In this document: piece after piece, positions 10,970 to 20,864 of the stretch
Layout of the letters: each line of letters opens with the position of its first letter
Position numbering within the stretch: position 1 is the stretch's first letter
NCBI GenBank assembly: GCA_965213685.1
Contig: CBDBZY010000043.1
Span: 64,001-128,000 of the forward strand
Length of the DNA: 64,000 bases
From: a bacterium
GTDB taxonomy: Bacteria > UBA8248
Direction of reading: 5' to 3'
Notes under the pieces: model-generated
Told to the model about the DNA's origin: nothing
What the model saw: the letters and a program-made list of their open reading frames with translations, nothing else
Database searches by the model: none
Program-made: the position numbers and the translations under genes

Positions 10970-11752
10970 CTACAGGGAAACGTCGAAGCTCAGCCCGTCA
11001 TACGCGAGCTCCACGCCGCCGGGCAGGTTCCGGTTCGTCTCGTGGTATTCCAGCTCATAGTTGGTGTGGGTGAAATACGTCCGCTCGGGCCGCAGCGCGT
11101 CGACGATCTCCAGGGCCTGGGCGACCGTGAAATGCGAGGGATGCTCCCGGTGCCGCAGCGCGTCGAGGATGAGGACGCGCACCCCCTCGAGAATCTTCAT
11201 GGACTTCTCCGGAATGGCGTTGCAATCCGTGGCGTAGGCGAAGTCGCCCACCCGCAGCCCCATCACCTGCGTTCCGGCGTGCTCCAGCTCGAAGGGTATG
11301 ACGTCGATGCCGGCGGCCCCGAACGCGGCGCCGTCGATCTCCGCCACCGTGAGCTGCGGCTTGAAGCCGTCGTAGGCGCGGGCGTCTTTGAAGATGTAGC
11401 TGAAATTCTGGCGCAGAACCTTCACCGTCTCCGGGTAGGCGTAGCAGGGAATCGGCTTTCGCATCAGGAAGTTGAAGGCGCGCAAATCGTCGATGCCGTG
11501 GGTGTGGTCCGCGTGAAAATGGGTGTAGATCACGGCGTCCACGCGGGTGATCCGGTGCCGGAGCGCCTGCTCGCGCAAATCGGGACCCGTGTCCACCAGC
11601 AGGTTTCTTCCGGCGCGCTCGATGAGGATGCTGGGGCGCAGCCGCTTGTTTTTGGGGTCGTCCGAGAGGCAGGCGTGGCTCGTGCAGCCGATGGAGGGGA
11701 CGCCCGTGGAGGTGCCACAGCCCAGGACGGTGACCCGCGCGCGCGCACTCAT
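10970..11752 (-). CDS. MBL-fold metallo-hydrolase (PhnP/YycJ-like)
   Basis: VLGCGTSTGVP, LVDTGPDLREQ, YTHFHADHTHGIDDLR and LAYDGL. Confidence 0.9.
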   Translation of the reverse strand: MSARARVTVLGCGTSTGVPSIGCTSHACLSDDPKNKRLRPSILIERAGRNLLVDTGPDLREQALRHRITRVDAVIYTHFHADHTHGIDDLRAFNFLMRKPIPCYAYPETVKVLRQNFSYIFKDARAYDGFKPQLTVAEIDGAAFGAAGIDVIPFELEHAGTQVMGLRVGDFAYATDCNAIPEKSMKILEGVRVLILDALRHREHPSHFTVAQALEIVDALRPERTYFTHTNYELEYHETNRNLPGGVELAYDGLSFDVSL

Positions 11753-12783
11753 CGCACGGCCTCCGCCAACGCGCGGGCGGCGCCCCGCACATCCTCCGCC
11801 GAGACGTCGAGGTGGGTGACGGCGCGAAGCGTTCGCGGGTTCGGCGTGGAGAAGGCGCAGCCGCGCTCCCTCGTCATCTCGTTGATCCGGCCCGCCGTCT
11901 TTCCGGTTCCCGATACGTCCAGGAACACGATGTTGGTGGGCGTCGTGTCATAGACCGGCCGCACCCCCGGGATGCCGGCGGTGAGCTCGGAGAACAACTG
12001 GGCGTTCGCGTGATCCTCCGCGAGGCGCGCCACGTGGTGGTCGAGGGCGTAGATTCCCGCGGCGGCCAGAAGTCCCGCCTGCCGCCAGCCGCCGCCCCAC
12101 ATCTTCCGATACCGGCGCGCCTGCCGGATGAACGCCTTTCTCCCGAGCAGGAGGGAGCCCACGGGGCAGCCCAGACCCTTGGAGAGGCAAAAACACACCG
12201 AATCGCAGCGCCTCCCCCATTCTGCGGGGGGGACGCCCGAGGCGACGACGGCGTTGAAAATGCGGGCCCCGTCTATGTGGAGGGGGATGCCCTGCTCCTC
12301 CGAGAGCGCGCGCAGCGCATTGAGGCGCGCGACGGGAAATACGTGGCCCCCGCCCTGGTTGTGCGTGTTCTCCACCCAGAGGAGGGCGCTTCGGGGATAC
12401 CCGTTGGGGGGGCGAAGCCACTCCTCGGCGTCTTCTCGGGCGTAGGCCCCGCGGCGCGCGGAGACGAGGGCGAATTGAACGCCGGCCAGAAAAGCGCCGC
12501 CGGCCAGCTCGTTCCGGAAGGGATGGCAATGGGAATCGGCGATGATTTCATCGCCCGGGTCCGTGTGCGCCTTGATGGCCAGCTGGTTGGCGAGGGTGCC
12601 GGAGGATACGAAGAGGCCGTCTTCCTTGCCGAAGAGGGCCGCCGCCTTCTGGATGAGCGCCTGGACGCTCGGGTCCTCCTCGAGCGTGTCGTCCCCCACC
12701 GGGGCACGGGCGATGGCCTCGCGCATCGGGGGCGTGGGGCGCGTCGCGGTGTCGCTTCTGAGATCAATGAAATGACGGGACAC
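11749..12783 (-). CDS. ltaE: Low-specificity L-threonine aldolase
   Basis: IDLRSDTATRPT, VGDD, SGTLANQLA, ENTHN, HIDGARIFNA and CLSKGLGCPVGS. Confidence 0.9.
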   Translation of the reverse strand: MSRHFIDLRSDTATRPTPPMREAIARAPVGDDTLEEDPSVQALIQKAAALFGKEDGLFVSSGTLANQLAIKAHTDPGDEIIADSHCHPFRNELAGGAFLAGVQFALVSARRGAYAREDAEEWLRPPNGYPRSALLWVENTHNQGGGHVFPVARLNALRALSEEQGIPLHIDGARIFNAVVASGVPPAEWGRRCDSVCFCLSKGLGCPVGSLLLGRKAFIRQARRYRKMWGGGWRQAGLLAAAGIYALDHHVARLAEDHANAQLFSELTAGIPGVRPVYDTTPTNIVFLDVSGTGKTAGRINEMTRERGCAFSTPNPRTLRAVTHLDVSAEDVRGAARALAEAVR

Positions 12784-12964
12784 GGGGGGGAGCCTCCCGA
12801 AGTTCCGGATTCCGCCTCTGGGGAGTCGGTTTCGCGCGCACGGCGGCGCATTTTCCTCGGGTAAAGTGCCTGGGGCTATATTTGCACAATCGCGGGCGAT
12901 TTGCCACATTATCGCCCTGTCGTTTTCCGTTTTCGGGCTCTGGGCGCACACCGGGAGGACGGAC

Positions 12965-14095
12965 ATGCGGGACGTCGGGGGGCCGCCGGTTCTGGAGGAG
13001 GGTTTTCTGAGGCGCGCACGGTCGTATCAAATGCGGCGCCTGTATGCGGGCCTGCTATCCTCCGCCCTGGAATTCGGCGTCCTTCTCCTGTTTTTGCTCC
13101 ACTATCTGGGCGCTGACTCCCCAGGCGCGTCGGGCGGCGCGTTCCTGAGCGGTTTTGCCGCCTTCTCCCTCATCGCCGTCTCCAGAACCCTGGTCTCCCT
13201 GCCCTTCGACTTCTATGCGGGCTACGCCCTCGCCCGCCGGGAAAACCTGTCGAACGAATCGGCGGCGCGCTGGCTCTGGGACAGATGCAAGGGGGCGGCG
13301 CTGCTGCTGGCGCTCGGCGGTGCGGCCAGCGGCGGCTGCCTGGCGATCATGGCCGCATGGCCGCGTCATTGGTGGTGGATAGCGGCCCTGGTCTCCGTTC
13401 TGCTCCTGCTGTTCGTCTCCCTGATCGCCCCCGTGCTGCTCGCGCCCATTTTCTTTCGCTTCAAGCCGCTGGCGGATGAAGGCCTCAGGGAGCGGCTCCT
13501 CGCCTTGCTGGAAAAAACGAGGGCGAAAGTACGTGGCGGCGTCTGGGAGATGGAGCTGAGCGCCAAGAGCAAGACGGCGAACGCCGCCCTGGTCGGCTGG
13601 GGCCCCTCCCGGCGCGTGGTTCTGTCGGACACGCTGCTCGATTTCGCGCCCGATGAGATCGAGGCCATCCTGGCCCACGAGCTCGCGCATCACGTGGGCC
13701 GCCACATCGCGATTCTCCTGGGCATGAAGAGCGTCGTGATCGCCTGTGGCCTCTATCTCTCCCGCGAGGCGTTCGAGTGGCTGGGCGGATGGGGGAGCCC
13801 CGCCCCCCTCCAGCCGGGAGAGCCTGCGGGCGTGGCGGTTCTGTGGATTGTCCTGACCCTCGTCGGCGCGGCGCTCTCCCCCTTGTTGCTGGCGGTTTCC
13901 CGCGCCCTTGAGCATCGCTGCGATCTGTATGCCGTGCGGCAGGCGCCGGGGGGCGGCCTAGCCTCCGCCCTCGTCAAGCTGTGCAGGCAAAACCTGACCG
14001 ACCCCGACCCGCCCCGGTGGGTGGTCGCGCTCTTCCATTCGCACCCCCCGGTTTCCGCGCGGCTCGCCAAGATCGAATCCTGGGCGGGGGGCTGA
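12965..14095 (+). CDS. M48 (Ste24/HtpX-like) membrane zinc peptidase
   Basis: ANAALVGWG...VVLSDTLL, ILAHELAH, LEHRCDLYA and HSHPPVSARL; GGGAGG RBS. Confidence 0.88.
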   Translation: MRDVGGPPVLEEGFLRRARSYQMRRLYAGLLSSALEFGVLLLFLLHYLGADSPGASGGAFLSGFAAFSLIAVSRTLVSLPFDFYAGYALARRENLSNESAARWLWDRCKGAALLLALGGAASGGCLAIMAAWPRHWWWIAALVSVLLLLFVSLIAPVLLAPIFFRFKPLADEGLRERLLALLEKTRAKVRGGVWEMELSAKSKTANAALVGWGPSRRVVLSDTLLDFAPDEIEAILAHELAHHVGRHIAILLGMKSVVIACGLYLSREAFEWLGGWGSPAPLQPGEPAGVAVLWIVLTLVGAALSPLLLAVSRALEHRCDLYAVRQAPGGGLASALVKLCRQNLTDPDPPRWVVALFHSHPPVSARLAKIESWAGG

Positions 14096-14246
14096 GCGCC
14101 CTTGCCGCAGACCCGCCGGCACCCTCGGGGAATCGAAAGAGGGCGCGGCGCCCGGCGCATGTGTCCGCCGCGCGCAAGGGGGGCGGGCCGCAGGGGCGCC
14201 CGGAGGAAAGTGTCGGCGGGCCGGAAAGTATCGGGGAGAGGCGGCG

Positions 14247-15101
14247 TCAGCGCGTTGCGCGCACCCGCCTGATGTAGGGGATCGCCCACTTCCGTATGTT
14301 CGGGTATCGGGGGGATTCAAACCGATCCGGGTTGGCCACCTTCTGGAGGTTTGCGCTCCTCCCCCCCTTTTCGAGGATTTTTTGCCGGAAGGTCTCGGCG
14401 CCCCGGAACGGGTAGGGCGCCTTGCTGCTATGCAGGAGGAGAACCGGGACCCGTATTTTCTCCGCAGCCCGCACGGGCGAGCGCTCCGCGTAGGCTCTCA
14501 TTTTTTGCGCGGGCGGGCCGCCGAGCGTCGCGCGGATCCGCACCCGCCGTTCTTCCGACAGCAGCGCATACGTTTCCTTCCATTCGTACAATCCGTTCTC
14601 CAGTATCAGGGCCGAGATGTGCGCGCTCCGCGCCGCCGCGAGGGCGGCCACCGTGGCCCCCTGTCCGATGCCATAGACGAATATGCCGTCTTTCTCGACG
14701 TTCGGCCTGCTCCGCAGATACCGGACGGCGCCGAGTGCGGCCTCCACGCTCCTGGGGCCCGCGAAATCCTCCGGCCCCGTGGATGCGCCATGGCCGGGCA
14801 GCGAGATGCTGATGAGGACGAATCCGTCTCGCACGTGGGTCAGCATGGCGCGCCGGAATCGCTGGGCGCGGGCGTCCGCTCCGTGGAGGAGGAGCATCGC
14901 CGGGTATGGTCCCCGGCCGGGGGGCCAGATGGCGTAGGCCTCCACGCGCCCCCACGAGAACTCCAGGAACCATTCCCGTATCCCCTCGCCGCGCCGGGTT
15001 CGCGTCTCATAGCCTCCTCCGCAGCCGGCGAGCAGAAGCGCGAGGGTCAGCGGAAAAATCCATCCGCGGAGGATATTTCGGGAGCCTCTCCGCAGGGTCA
15101 T
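14247..15101 (-). CDS. Alpha/beta hydrolase (S9 peptidase-like) lipoprotein
   Basis: Lipobox LLAGC; PAMLLLHG; nucleophile elbow reads YGIGQGA, with Gly where the Ser is expected. Confidence 0.7.
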   Translation of the reverse strand: MTLRRGSRNILRGWIFPLTLALLLAGCGGGYETRTRRGEGIREWFLEFSWGRVEAYAIWPPGRGPYPAMLLLHGADARAQRFRRAMLTHVRDGFVLISISLPGHGASTGPEDFAGPRSVEAALGAVRYLRSRPNVEKDGIFVYGIGQGATVAALAAARSAHISALILENGLYEWKETYALLSEERRVRIRATLGGPPAQKMRAYAERSPVRAAEKIRVPVLLLHSSKAPYPFRGAETFRQKILEKGGRSANLQKVANPDRFESPRYPNIRKWAIPYIRRVRATR

Positions 15102-15248
15102 GGCGTATCCCTTATTAAAAGCCTCGCGCGCGTGCGCAAGGGTTTCGGGTTCGGAAGGGTTTTGGGCGAGCGGGGGCGGATGCGCAACGCCCGAAGCGGC
15201 ATTTTACCATACGAATGCGGCGGCATGCGGCGTATCGGTTAAAAAAAG

Positions 15249-15277
15249 TTGCGCGTTCCGTTCTTTCGTATTATATT
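15249..15277 (+). promoter_or_regulatory. Sigma70-type promoter upstream of the small ORF
   Basis: TTGCGC (15249-15254), 17 bp spacer, TATATT (15272-15277), preceded by an A-tract. Confidence 0.5.
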
Positions 15278-15346
15278 CGTGTATGTGGGAGGTTTCCAAA
15301 AAAAATGAGGATTCTGAAAATTATTGATACGGCGATCCGTTTTTGA

Positions 15347-15391
15347 CACAAAATATAGTGCATAATGCTGAAACAGGCACTATATATGGGA
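15347..15391. promoter_or_regulatory. Tandem NrdR-box-like operators
   Basis: CACAAAATATAGTG (15347-15360) and CACTATATATGGGA (15378-15391) start 31 bp apart; they match the NrdR consensus acaCwAtATaTwGtg and its usual tandem spacing. Confidence 0.65.
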
Positions 15392-15449
15392 TCAAGGAGG
15401 CGATCTTCTCTCCTCACCTCCCGAGAGGAAGCGCAAAAGGAGGCCCGTC

Positions 15450-15680
15450 ATGACGATGACAAGACAGGTACCTGGATGCGGGACGCACGAGACGAGCCGG
15501 AGCACAAAGGACATTCACCGAGCCTGTATGCGGAACCTCTTCCTCTTTCTGCAGGGTCATATCTCGTATGAAGACTGGCAGAGCGGACAGGAGGAGCTCG
15601 AATCGAGGCTGACGCCCGCCCCGGAACTCCCCCTCTCCACGCGGGCGCCCAGGACGCCACGGACGCCCGAGGCCGCCTGA
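15450..15680 (+). CDS. 76-aa hypothetical protein
   Basis: Strong RBS AAAGGAGG 6 nt before the ATG; lies downstream of the promoter and NrdR-like boxes; no family recognised. Confidence 0.55.
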   Translation: MTMTRQVPGCGTHETSRSTKDIHRACMRNLFLFLQGHISYEDWQSGQEELESRLTPAPELPLSTRAPRTPRTPEAA

Positions 15681-15796
15681 TTTCCCCTCGTTCGGGATTT
15701 CAAGGCCCCGCACCCCACGGAGAGGGGGGGATGGACAGATCGCTCAGGGAGTGCGGTTGGGCGAGCGGATCGGGTGAGAAGAATCTCTTTTGCCGC

Positions 15797-15957
15797 TTGC
15801 GTTTCTTGCGGCGAACCGCTATGTTGCCCCCCATCTTTTCCCGCAACGGGTGCGGGCAAAAGGTTTTAAGGTTTTTGGGTATGCAGGGCGAATGAAGGCT
15901 CCCTTCCGAGAGACGCTCCATTCATCATTTCATGCCCCCTGTTTTTTGAGGACATGT
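15797..15957 (+). promoter_or_regulatory. csp promoter and long structured 5' UTR
   Basis: TTGCGT, 17 bp, TATGTT (15797-15825); leader of about 125 nt with a CCCGCA/TGCGGG hairpin, as in csp leaders. Confidence 0.45.
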
Positions 15958-16161
15958 ATGTCAACAGGCACGGTCAAGTGGTTCAACGATGCAAAAGGGT
16001 ATGGCTTCATCACCCCGGAGGATGGGGGAGAGGATTTGTTTGTGCACCACTCCGCCATTCAGGCGGAGGGATTCAAATCCCTGAGCGAGGATGACAAGGT
16101 TTCATTCGAGGTCGCCCAAGGGCCCAAAGGGTTCCAGGCGCAGAATGTCGTCAAGCTTTAG
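15958..16161 (+). CDS. cspA: Cold-shock protein (CspA family)
   Basis: [34 protein letters not shown]...[10 protein letters not shown]; the exact paralogue is not determinable. Confidence 0.95.
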   Translation: MSTGTVKWFNDAKGYGFITPEDGGEDLFVHHSAIQAEGFKSLSEDDKVSFEVAQGPKGFQAQNVVKL

Positions 16162-16181
16162 CGCATAGCCCAGAGTTCTGG

Positions 16182-16216
16182 AAAAATGGTGGCCGGTCTC
16201 CGGCCACCATTTTTTT
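16182..16216 (+). terminator. Rho-independent terminator (possibly bidirectional)
   Basis: AAAAATGGTGGCCGG-TCT-CCGGCCACCATTTTTTT. Confidence 0.9.
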
Positions 16217-16280
16217 GTGCCCCGCATCTTCCCATGTCCCCGCCCCCAAGGTAGTCTTTTTCCCGAAAGGGGATTTTCCG

Positions 16281-18321
16281 ATGAAGCGCCCAGCCCTCGG
16301 GAGGAGAAGGAACATCGGCGTCATCTCCCACATCGACGCCGGAAAGACGACCACCACGGAGCGCATGTTGTTCTATTCGGGGGCGGTGCACCGCATCGGC
16401 GAGGTGGACGACGGCTCGGCCACCATGGACTGGATGCGCCAGGAGCGCGAGCGCGGCATCACCATCACCTCCGCCGCCATCACGACCACCTGGGCGGGCC
16501 ATGAGATCACCCTCATCGACACGCCCGGCCACGTGGACTTCACGATAGAGGTGGAGAGAAGTTTGCGCGTGCTCGATGGCGCCATCGCGATTTTCAGCGC
16601 CGTCGAGGGCGTCGAACCCCAGAGCGAGGCCGTCTGGCACCAGGCGGAGAGGTTCGGCGTGCCGAGGATCGTCTTCGTCAACAAGCTGGACCGCCTGGGC
16701 GCGGATTTTGAGCGCACCGTGGAGATGATGGCCGAGAAGCTGGGCGCAAGGCCCGTCCTCATGCACTGGCCCGACGGGGAGGGCGAGCGGTATGGCGGCC
16801 AGGTGGAGGTGCTGAGCGGCGATTTTCTCACCTGGGATGCGGGAGAAATCCATCGCTCCGAACCCCCGGAGGCGCTTCGGGAGAAGGCGGCGGCCTTGAA
16901 AGACGCCATGATCGAGGCGGTCGCGGACGATGACGAATCCCTGCTGGCGGCGTATCTCGAGGGAGGGGAGGTCGATGCCGGGGCGCTGAAGGCGGCGTTG
17001 CGGCGCGCCGTGCTCGCGGGCGAGGTGGCGCCGGTCTTTTGCGGGGCGTCCCTCAAAAACAAGGGGGTGCAGCCCCTGCTCGACGCCGTGGTGGACTATC
17101 TGCCTTCCCCGCTGGACGCGCCCCCCGCGCGCGGTCTCCTGCCCGGAGATGGGGAGTGCGTCGCCCGCCCGCCCGCGGAGGACGCCCCGTTCTCCGCCCT
17201 GGTCTTCAAGGTGCAGATCGACGGGGGCAGGCGCCTCACCTATCTGCGGGTGTACAGCGGGGCGGCGCAGGTGGGCGACAGCCTGTGGAATCCCGCGCGG
17301 GGGGGGCGGCGAGCGCCTGGCGCGCCTTTTCCGGATGTATTCCCACAGGCGCGCGCGCCTGGACGCCGTGGGGCCGGGCGACATCGTCGCGGCGGCCGGC
17401 TTGAAGGAGGCGGCGACGGGCGACACCCTTTGCGATGAAAAGGCGCCGATAGCGTTTGAGCCGATTCTCGCCCCCCAGCCCGTCATATCGGTCGCGGTGG
17501 AGCCCGGGGACGCGGCGGGCGCCCGGAAGCTCGAGGAGACGCTGGCCAAGCTCCAGGCGGAAGACCCTACCTTCCAGGTGCGGGTGGACGCGGAGTCGGG
17601 CCAGACCGTGATGAGCGGCATGGGCGAGCTGCACCTGGAGGTGCTCACGCGCCGGATAGGCGAGGAGTTCGGCGTCCGCGTCCGGGTCGGCGCCCCTCGC
17701 GTGGTGTACCGCGAGACGTTGCTGAGAGAAGCGTCCGGGGAGGCCGCCTTCGAGCGGGAACTCGCCGGGAAGCCCCACTTCGCGCGGGTGCGCGTGGGCG
17801 TGGCGCCGGCGGCGGGCGCTGGCGTCTCGTGCGAGAGCGGAATAGAAGACCCCGCGATTCCGGGGCGCCTGATCGCCGCCGCCCTGGAGTCCATCGGGGC
17901 GTCCGCGTCGAGCGGCGCCATGGCGGGCTACGAGATGACCGACGTGCGCGTCACCCTGCTGGAGGCGGACTATGACCCCGAGCGCGGCACGGAGGCGGCC
18001 TTCTCGGTCGCGGCGGCGGGCGCGTTCACGGAAGCCTGCCGCGCGGCGGGCGGCCAGCTCCTCGAGCCGATAATGTCAGTGGAGGTCGTCACGCCCGGGG
18101 AGTTTCTGGGCGGGGCCATCGGCGACATCCATGCGCGCGACGGGCGAATATCCGGCGTGGAGGAGCGCGGCGGCTCCGCACCGGTGAGCGTCGTCCGCGC
18201 CCTGGTGCCCCTCGCCCGGATGTTCGGCTACGCCACCGCCCTGCGCTCCGCCACCCAGGGCCGCGCCACCTACGCCATGCGGTTCTCGCATTACGCCCCC
18301 TGCGCGGCGGCGGGCGCGTGA
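16281..18321 (+). CDS. fusA: Elongation factor G paralogue (EF-G2), frameshifted at the G8 run 17299-17306
   Basis: RNIGVISHIDAGKTT, QERERGITI, DTPGHVDF and NKLD; continues in another frame with GMGELHL, LLEPIM and MFGYATALRSATQGRA. Not located in an str operon. Confidence 0.9.
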
Positions 18322-18528
18322 CGGGAATCATTGCGTGCGACGGAAAAGGCGGGGCCCCTCCTGCCCGCTGCGGCGGCGGGGGATTTTGACGAAGGCGGTT
18401 CTCGTTTTGGATGATCTTGCCCGGCCTGGCGCCTCCTGTACCGCTCGTTCCCTGGCGGGGAAAGCCTCTCCTGCAGATACTTTGTGCCGGAGTTCTTCAT
18501 CCCAGCATAGGGTTTGAGAGACCGTCGA

Positions 18529-20361
18529 TCATGACTCAGCCTCGTGCGCCAGCCGCTCGGGATTCCAGATATGCTCGGCGAGACGCTTGTACAGGTCTTG
18601 TCGTTCATCCAGGTCGCGCCTGCGGAAATCGGTGTGTGCTTGGAACCGCAATGCGCTGTCGCGGATAAATTGGGAGAAGCCCGGGTCTCGTTTGTATGCG
18701 TCTTCGTGGAGGCTCTGGGCCAGCAGATTGTGCTTCATGTAGTGCCTGCGCTTATCGGCAAAGGGCAGAGCGCCGTAGCTCGCATTGAAGCTCTTCGGCA
18801 ACAGCAACAGCCCACCGATTTGATTGCGATACTCGGCGAAATCCGAAGGGTGCTCGAATTCGTCGGAGTGTTGCTCGGGATGGTCGGCCCATATGTGCTC
18901 GATTTCGTATCCGTCCCTGCCCTGTCGTTGCACGTATTCATGATAGCGGGATGGGCGTCCCGATTGGGTCTCCACGTAGTCGGTCATGCGGGCGAGCAAT
19001 CGATGGATTTGCCGGCCGTTGGCCCCGTGAAGCCGGAAGCGATCGTTTGTGCCGAATGTTTCTTTTTCGTCCGCCAGGCGCTTTCCGAGTATATTCACCA
19101 GGGTCGGTGTATCCTGCCCTCGGATGGCGCGTATAATCTGGAACATGGCGTAGCGCGTGAACGAGTAGGTGATTGCGCGCCCGTTCCATATGCGCCGCGC
19201 GATCAGGATGTCCAGAAACGCGGAGACGACGCGCAGTTTGCGCTCAAGGGTTTTCTCATCATCGTCGCGCCGCAAGGGTGCGAGCAGAACGGGGTACTGA
19301 AGCGTGAAGTTGTTCTGGGCGCAATAGTGGATGGCCTTCAACCCGTCCGTCGGGCGATCTGCGGCATGGCGCAGGCGGGCGTACCAGCGTCCATAGAAGT
19401 TGAAATCCTTTTTGATGAAGCGCAGAAACTCATCGCTTGACGACAGACCAAGCGCCTTCTCGTGGTCGCGCACCCATCGGTGAAACTCCGTGCCAATCAA
19501 ATCGAAGTCGCGTGGCGTGGCTCCTCGCTTGTTTTCCCGGATGCTTTGCGCATGCTGACTGCGAAGCCAGGCCTTGATGGCGTCGGCATCCTCCTCCTTG
19601 CCGATGTCCCGCAGACTGTCCACCCGTTCGCGCCAGAGCTGGTTGGCCGAAAGGCGACGCTCAGAATCGTCAATGTTCGCGAGGAGATAGCCCTTGAGCA
19701 TGTCCGTTGACGAGAGCGAGAGGCCGCGGTCGTTCATGGTCTCAAATATGGTGTAAGCGTCAGCGTCGGAATGAGCCGTGATTTCGACCAGATGGACGTT
19801 CTCGATCAACCAGTCCGCGAAATAGGGAAGTGCGGAATTGGCAAACTCATTGGGAAACAGTTCCTCCACATCGTGAAAGCGGCGGTTAATATTAGCGACC
19901 GATTCAGGTTGTCCCTCATCTTCGAACTTAGAATCCTTGAACAATGCGTTCATGCAGGATTCGCGTTCTTCCACATCGATGTTGAACGAGCGCTTGCCAA
20001 ACCGCTGCGAGAATATCAGCTCAGCGATCTGTGCCTTTTGCTCATCGTCTTCGAGGAGCCGGTAGATGTGTATGAAGAGGAGCGAAAGAGTGGTCAGCCG
20101 CTGCTGGCCGTCGATGATGAACTTTCGGCCGTCCTTGTTACTTATGATGATCGATCCCAGGAAATAATGCCCGTAGTACTCGACGGCGCTACGTTCGCCC
20201 CCCGGCTCGTAGCTGTCCCGGAACTTTTCCGCCAAGTCGTTGATCAACTCCGACACTTGCTTCTTTTCCCAGCGGTACTCGCGCTGATAGTAGTCGATGG
20301 CGAACTTGGCGCCGCCGAGCAGCGCGCGCAGGTTTTTGGCGTCGCCTCGGATTTCTTTCAC
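18529..20361 (-). CDS. DUF262-DUF1524 (GmrSD/SspE-like) modification-dependent nuclease
   Basis: YQREYRW, IIDGQQRLTT and FETMNDRG (DUF262); EIEHIWA...NQIGGLLLL..SFN (DUF1524 HNH-like); lower GC than flanks. Confidence 0.88.
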   Translation of the reverse strand: MKEIRGDAKNLRALLGGAKFAIDYYQREYRWEKKQVSELINDLAEKFRDSYEPGGERSAVEYYGHYFLGSIIISNKDGRKFIIDGQQRLTTLSLLFIHIYRLLEDDEQKAQIAELIFSQRFGKRSFNIDVEERESCMNALFKDSKFEDEGQPESVANINRRFHDVEELFPNEFANSALPYFADWLIENVHLVEITAHSDADAYTIFETMNDRGLSLSSTDMLKGYLLANIDDSERRLSANQLWRERVDSLRDIGKEEDADAIKAWLRSQHAQSIRENKRGATPRDFDLIGTEFHRWVRDHEKALGLSSSDEFLRFIKKDFNFYGRWYARLRHAADRPTDGLKAIHYCAQNNFTLQYPVLLAPLRRDDDEKTLERKLRVVSAFLDILIARRIWNGRAITYSFTRYAMFQIIRAIRGQDTPTLVNILGKRLADEKETFGTNDRFRLHGANGRQIHRLLARMTDYVETQSGRPSRYHEYVQRQGRDGYEIEHIWADHPEQHSDEFEHPSDFAEYRNQIGGLLLLPKSFNASYGALPFADKRRHYMKHNLLAQSLHEDAYKRDPGFSQFIRDSALRFQAHTDFRRRDLDERQDLYKRLAEHIWNPERLAHEAES

Positions 20362-20699
20362 GGATGGCTTCCTTCTTGCTCAACGCGCACGGGCAGGCCG
20401 TCCCTGCGCGCCGCCTCCTGTATCGCCGAGAGGCTTTCCTTGAGGTGTCGAATGACGAGGGGCGACTCGACGAGGGTGTCATTCGCCACCACGTGCATCT
20501 GGCGCCGACGCTTCTCCGGCGGAAGCGACAACATCGCCTCCCACGCCAGATGCAACAGCAGCGTCGAATCCTTCCCCCCCGAATAGGCGACGATCCACGG
20601 GTCGGAATGCCTCTTGCGGTATTCCCTTTGTATCACCTGGCGCACGGCTTCGAGGCGGGATACGACATCATCGCCGTTCACTTGTGGTAAAAAGCTCAT
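20358..20699 (-). pseudogene. dndC: 5' fragment of DNA phosphorothioation sulfurtransferase DndC
   Basis: PWIVAYSGGKDSTLLLHLAW...PEKRRRQMHVVANDTLVESP...AARRDGLPV matches the DndC N-terminal PP-loop region; only 113 aa of a much longer protein. Confidence 0.75.
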
Positions 20700-20864
20700 C
20701 GCATCCTCGCATCCTCGATATGAAGGGGAAGTGCAGGGGCGGATCAAACAGGTTTCGGGCGAAAAATTTTAATAGGAATCGTAGTCCTGTGATAATACAT
20801 CAATCGCAACTTGTTTGCTATCGGTCGGGAAAATCCCCTTGTCCATCCACATGACGGACGCGCG

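Noticed and set aside
15100-15450. Replication origin in the AT-rich spacer
   Set aside because: No DnaA-box cluster (TTATCCACA) seen; better explained as divergent promoters with operators.
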